Source: Fidelibacterota bacterium
Lineage (GTDB): Bacteria > Fidelibacterota > Marinisomatia > Marinisomatales > JABMOV01
Length of the DNA stretch: 15,499 nt
Direction of reading: 5' to 3'
NCBI GenBank assembly: GCA_046861395.1
Contig: JBHHUC010000055.1
Location: 1 to 15,499 of the forward strand
Shown here: in pieces, positions 15,343 through 15,499 of the stretch
How positions within the stretch are numbered: position 1 is the first letter of the stretch
Layout of the letters: every line of letters starts with the position of its first letter
The notes under the pieces: generated by a model
Database searches by the model: none
Seen by the model: only the letters and a program-made list of their open reading frames with translations
What the model was told of the DNA's origin: nothing
Position numbers and translations under genes: made by a program

Positions 15343-15499
15343 ATGAAGATCTTAATAGTCGAGGACGAACGGGCGATTGCAGAGCGAATTCAGACCGGAT
15401 TCGAACGCCACGGTTATTCCACGACCCGGGTCACAACCTGTGCCGCGGCCATCAACAGTGTCATTGTCGATGAATTCGATTGTATTGTTCTGGACCGTC
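15343..15499 (+). CDS. Response regulator, N-terminal receiver domain (partial, runs off the window; OmpR/PhoB-like start)
   Basis: Manual translation MKILIVEDERAIAERIQTGFERHGYSTTRVTTCAAAINSVIVDEFDCIVLDR shows the acidic pocket (ED) and the phospho-Asp context (IVLD). Absent from the ORF track. Confidence 0.9.
   Translation, partial: MKILIVEDERAIAERIQTGFERHGYSTTRVTTCAAAINSVIVDEFDCIVLDR

Noticed and set aside
15270..15473. 67-aa ORF on the + strand
   Set aside because: Wrong frame; the real gene is the response regulator starting at 15343.

Overview
Bacterial chromosomal window of about 48% GC (estimated by eye). The gene content suggests an anaerobic or facultative diderm, possibly FCB group or Marinimicrobia-like (inference only). 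From left to right: (1) an intact tRNA-Lys(UUU), preceded by a 144-bp-period tandem array of tRNA-Lys-derived copies and followed by another partial copy, with short hairpin elements inserted in the D-, anticodon- and T-loops of the copies; (2) a stand-alone motA-motB-motB operon in which one MotB lacks the essential transmembrane Asp; (3) a ~205-bp MITE present twice in inverted orientation (3105-3314 and 12739-12941) with IS982-like ends and target-site duplications; (4) a PAS/GAF hybrid histidine kinase; (5) a Tat-exported His-motif lipoprotein followed by an octaheme HAO-family cytochrome c; (6) a short TonB C-terminal-domain protein; (7) two tandem paralogous ~70-aa membrane proteins; (8) an FMN-binding glutamate synthase-family protein; (9) an intact and a frameshifted YhhN-family gene; (10) a second octaheme cytochrome c lipoprotein; (11) the 5' end of a response regulator missed by the ORF track. 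The most unusual items are the hairpin-invaded tRNA array and the asymmetric MotB pair.
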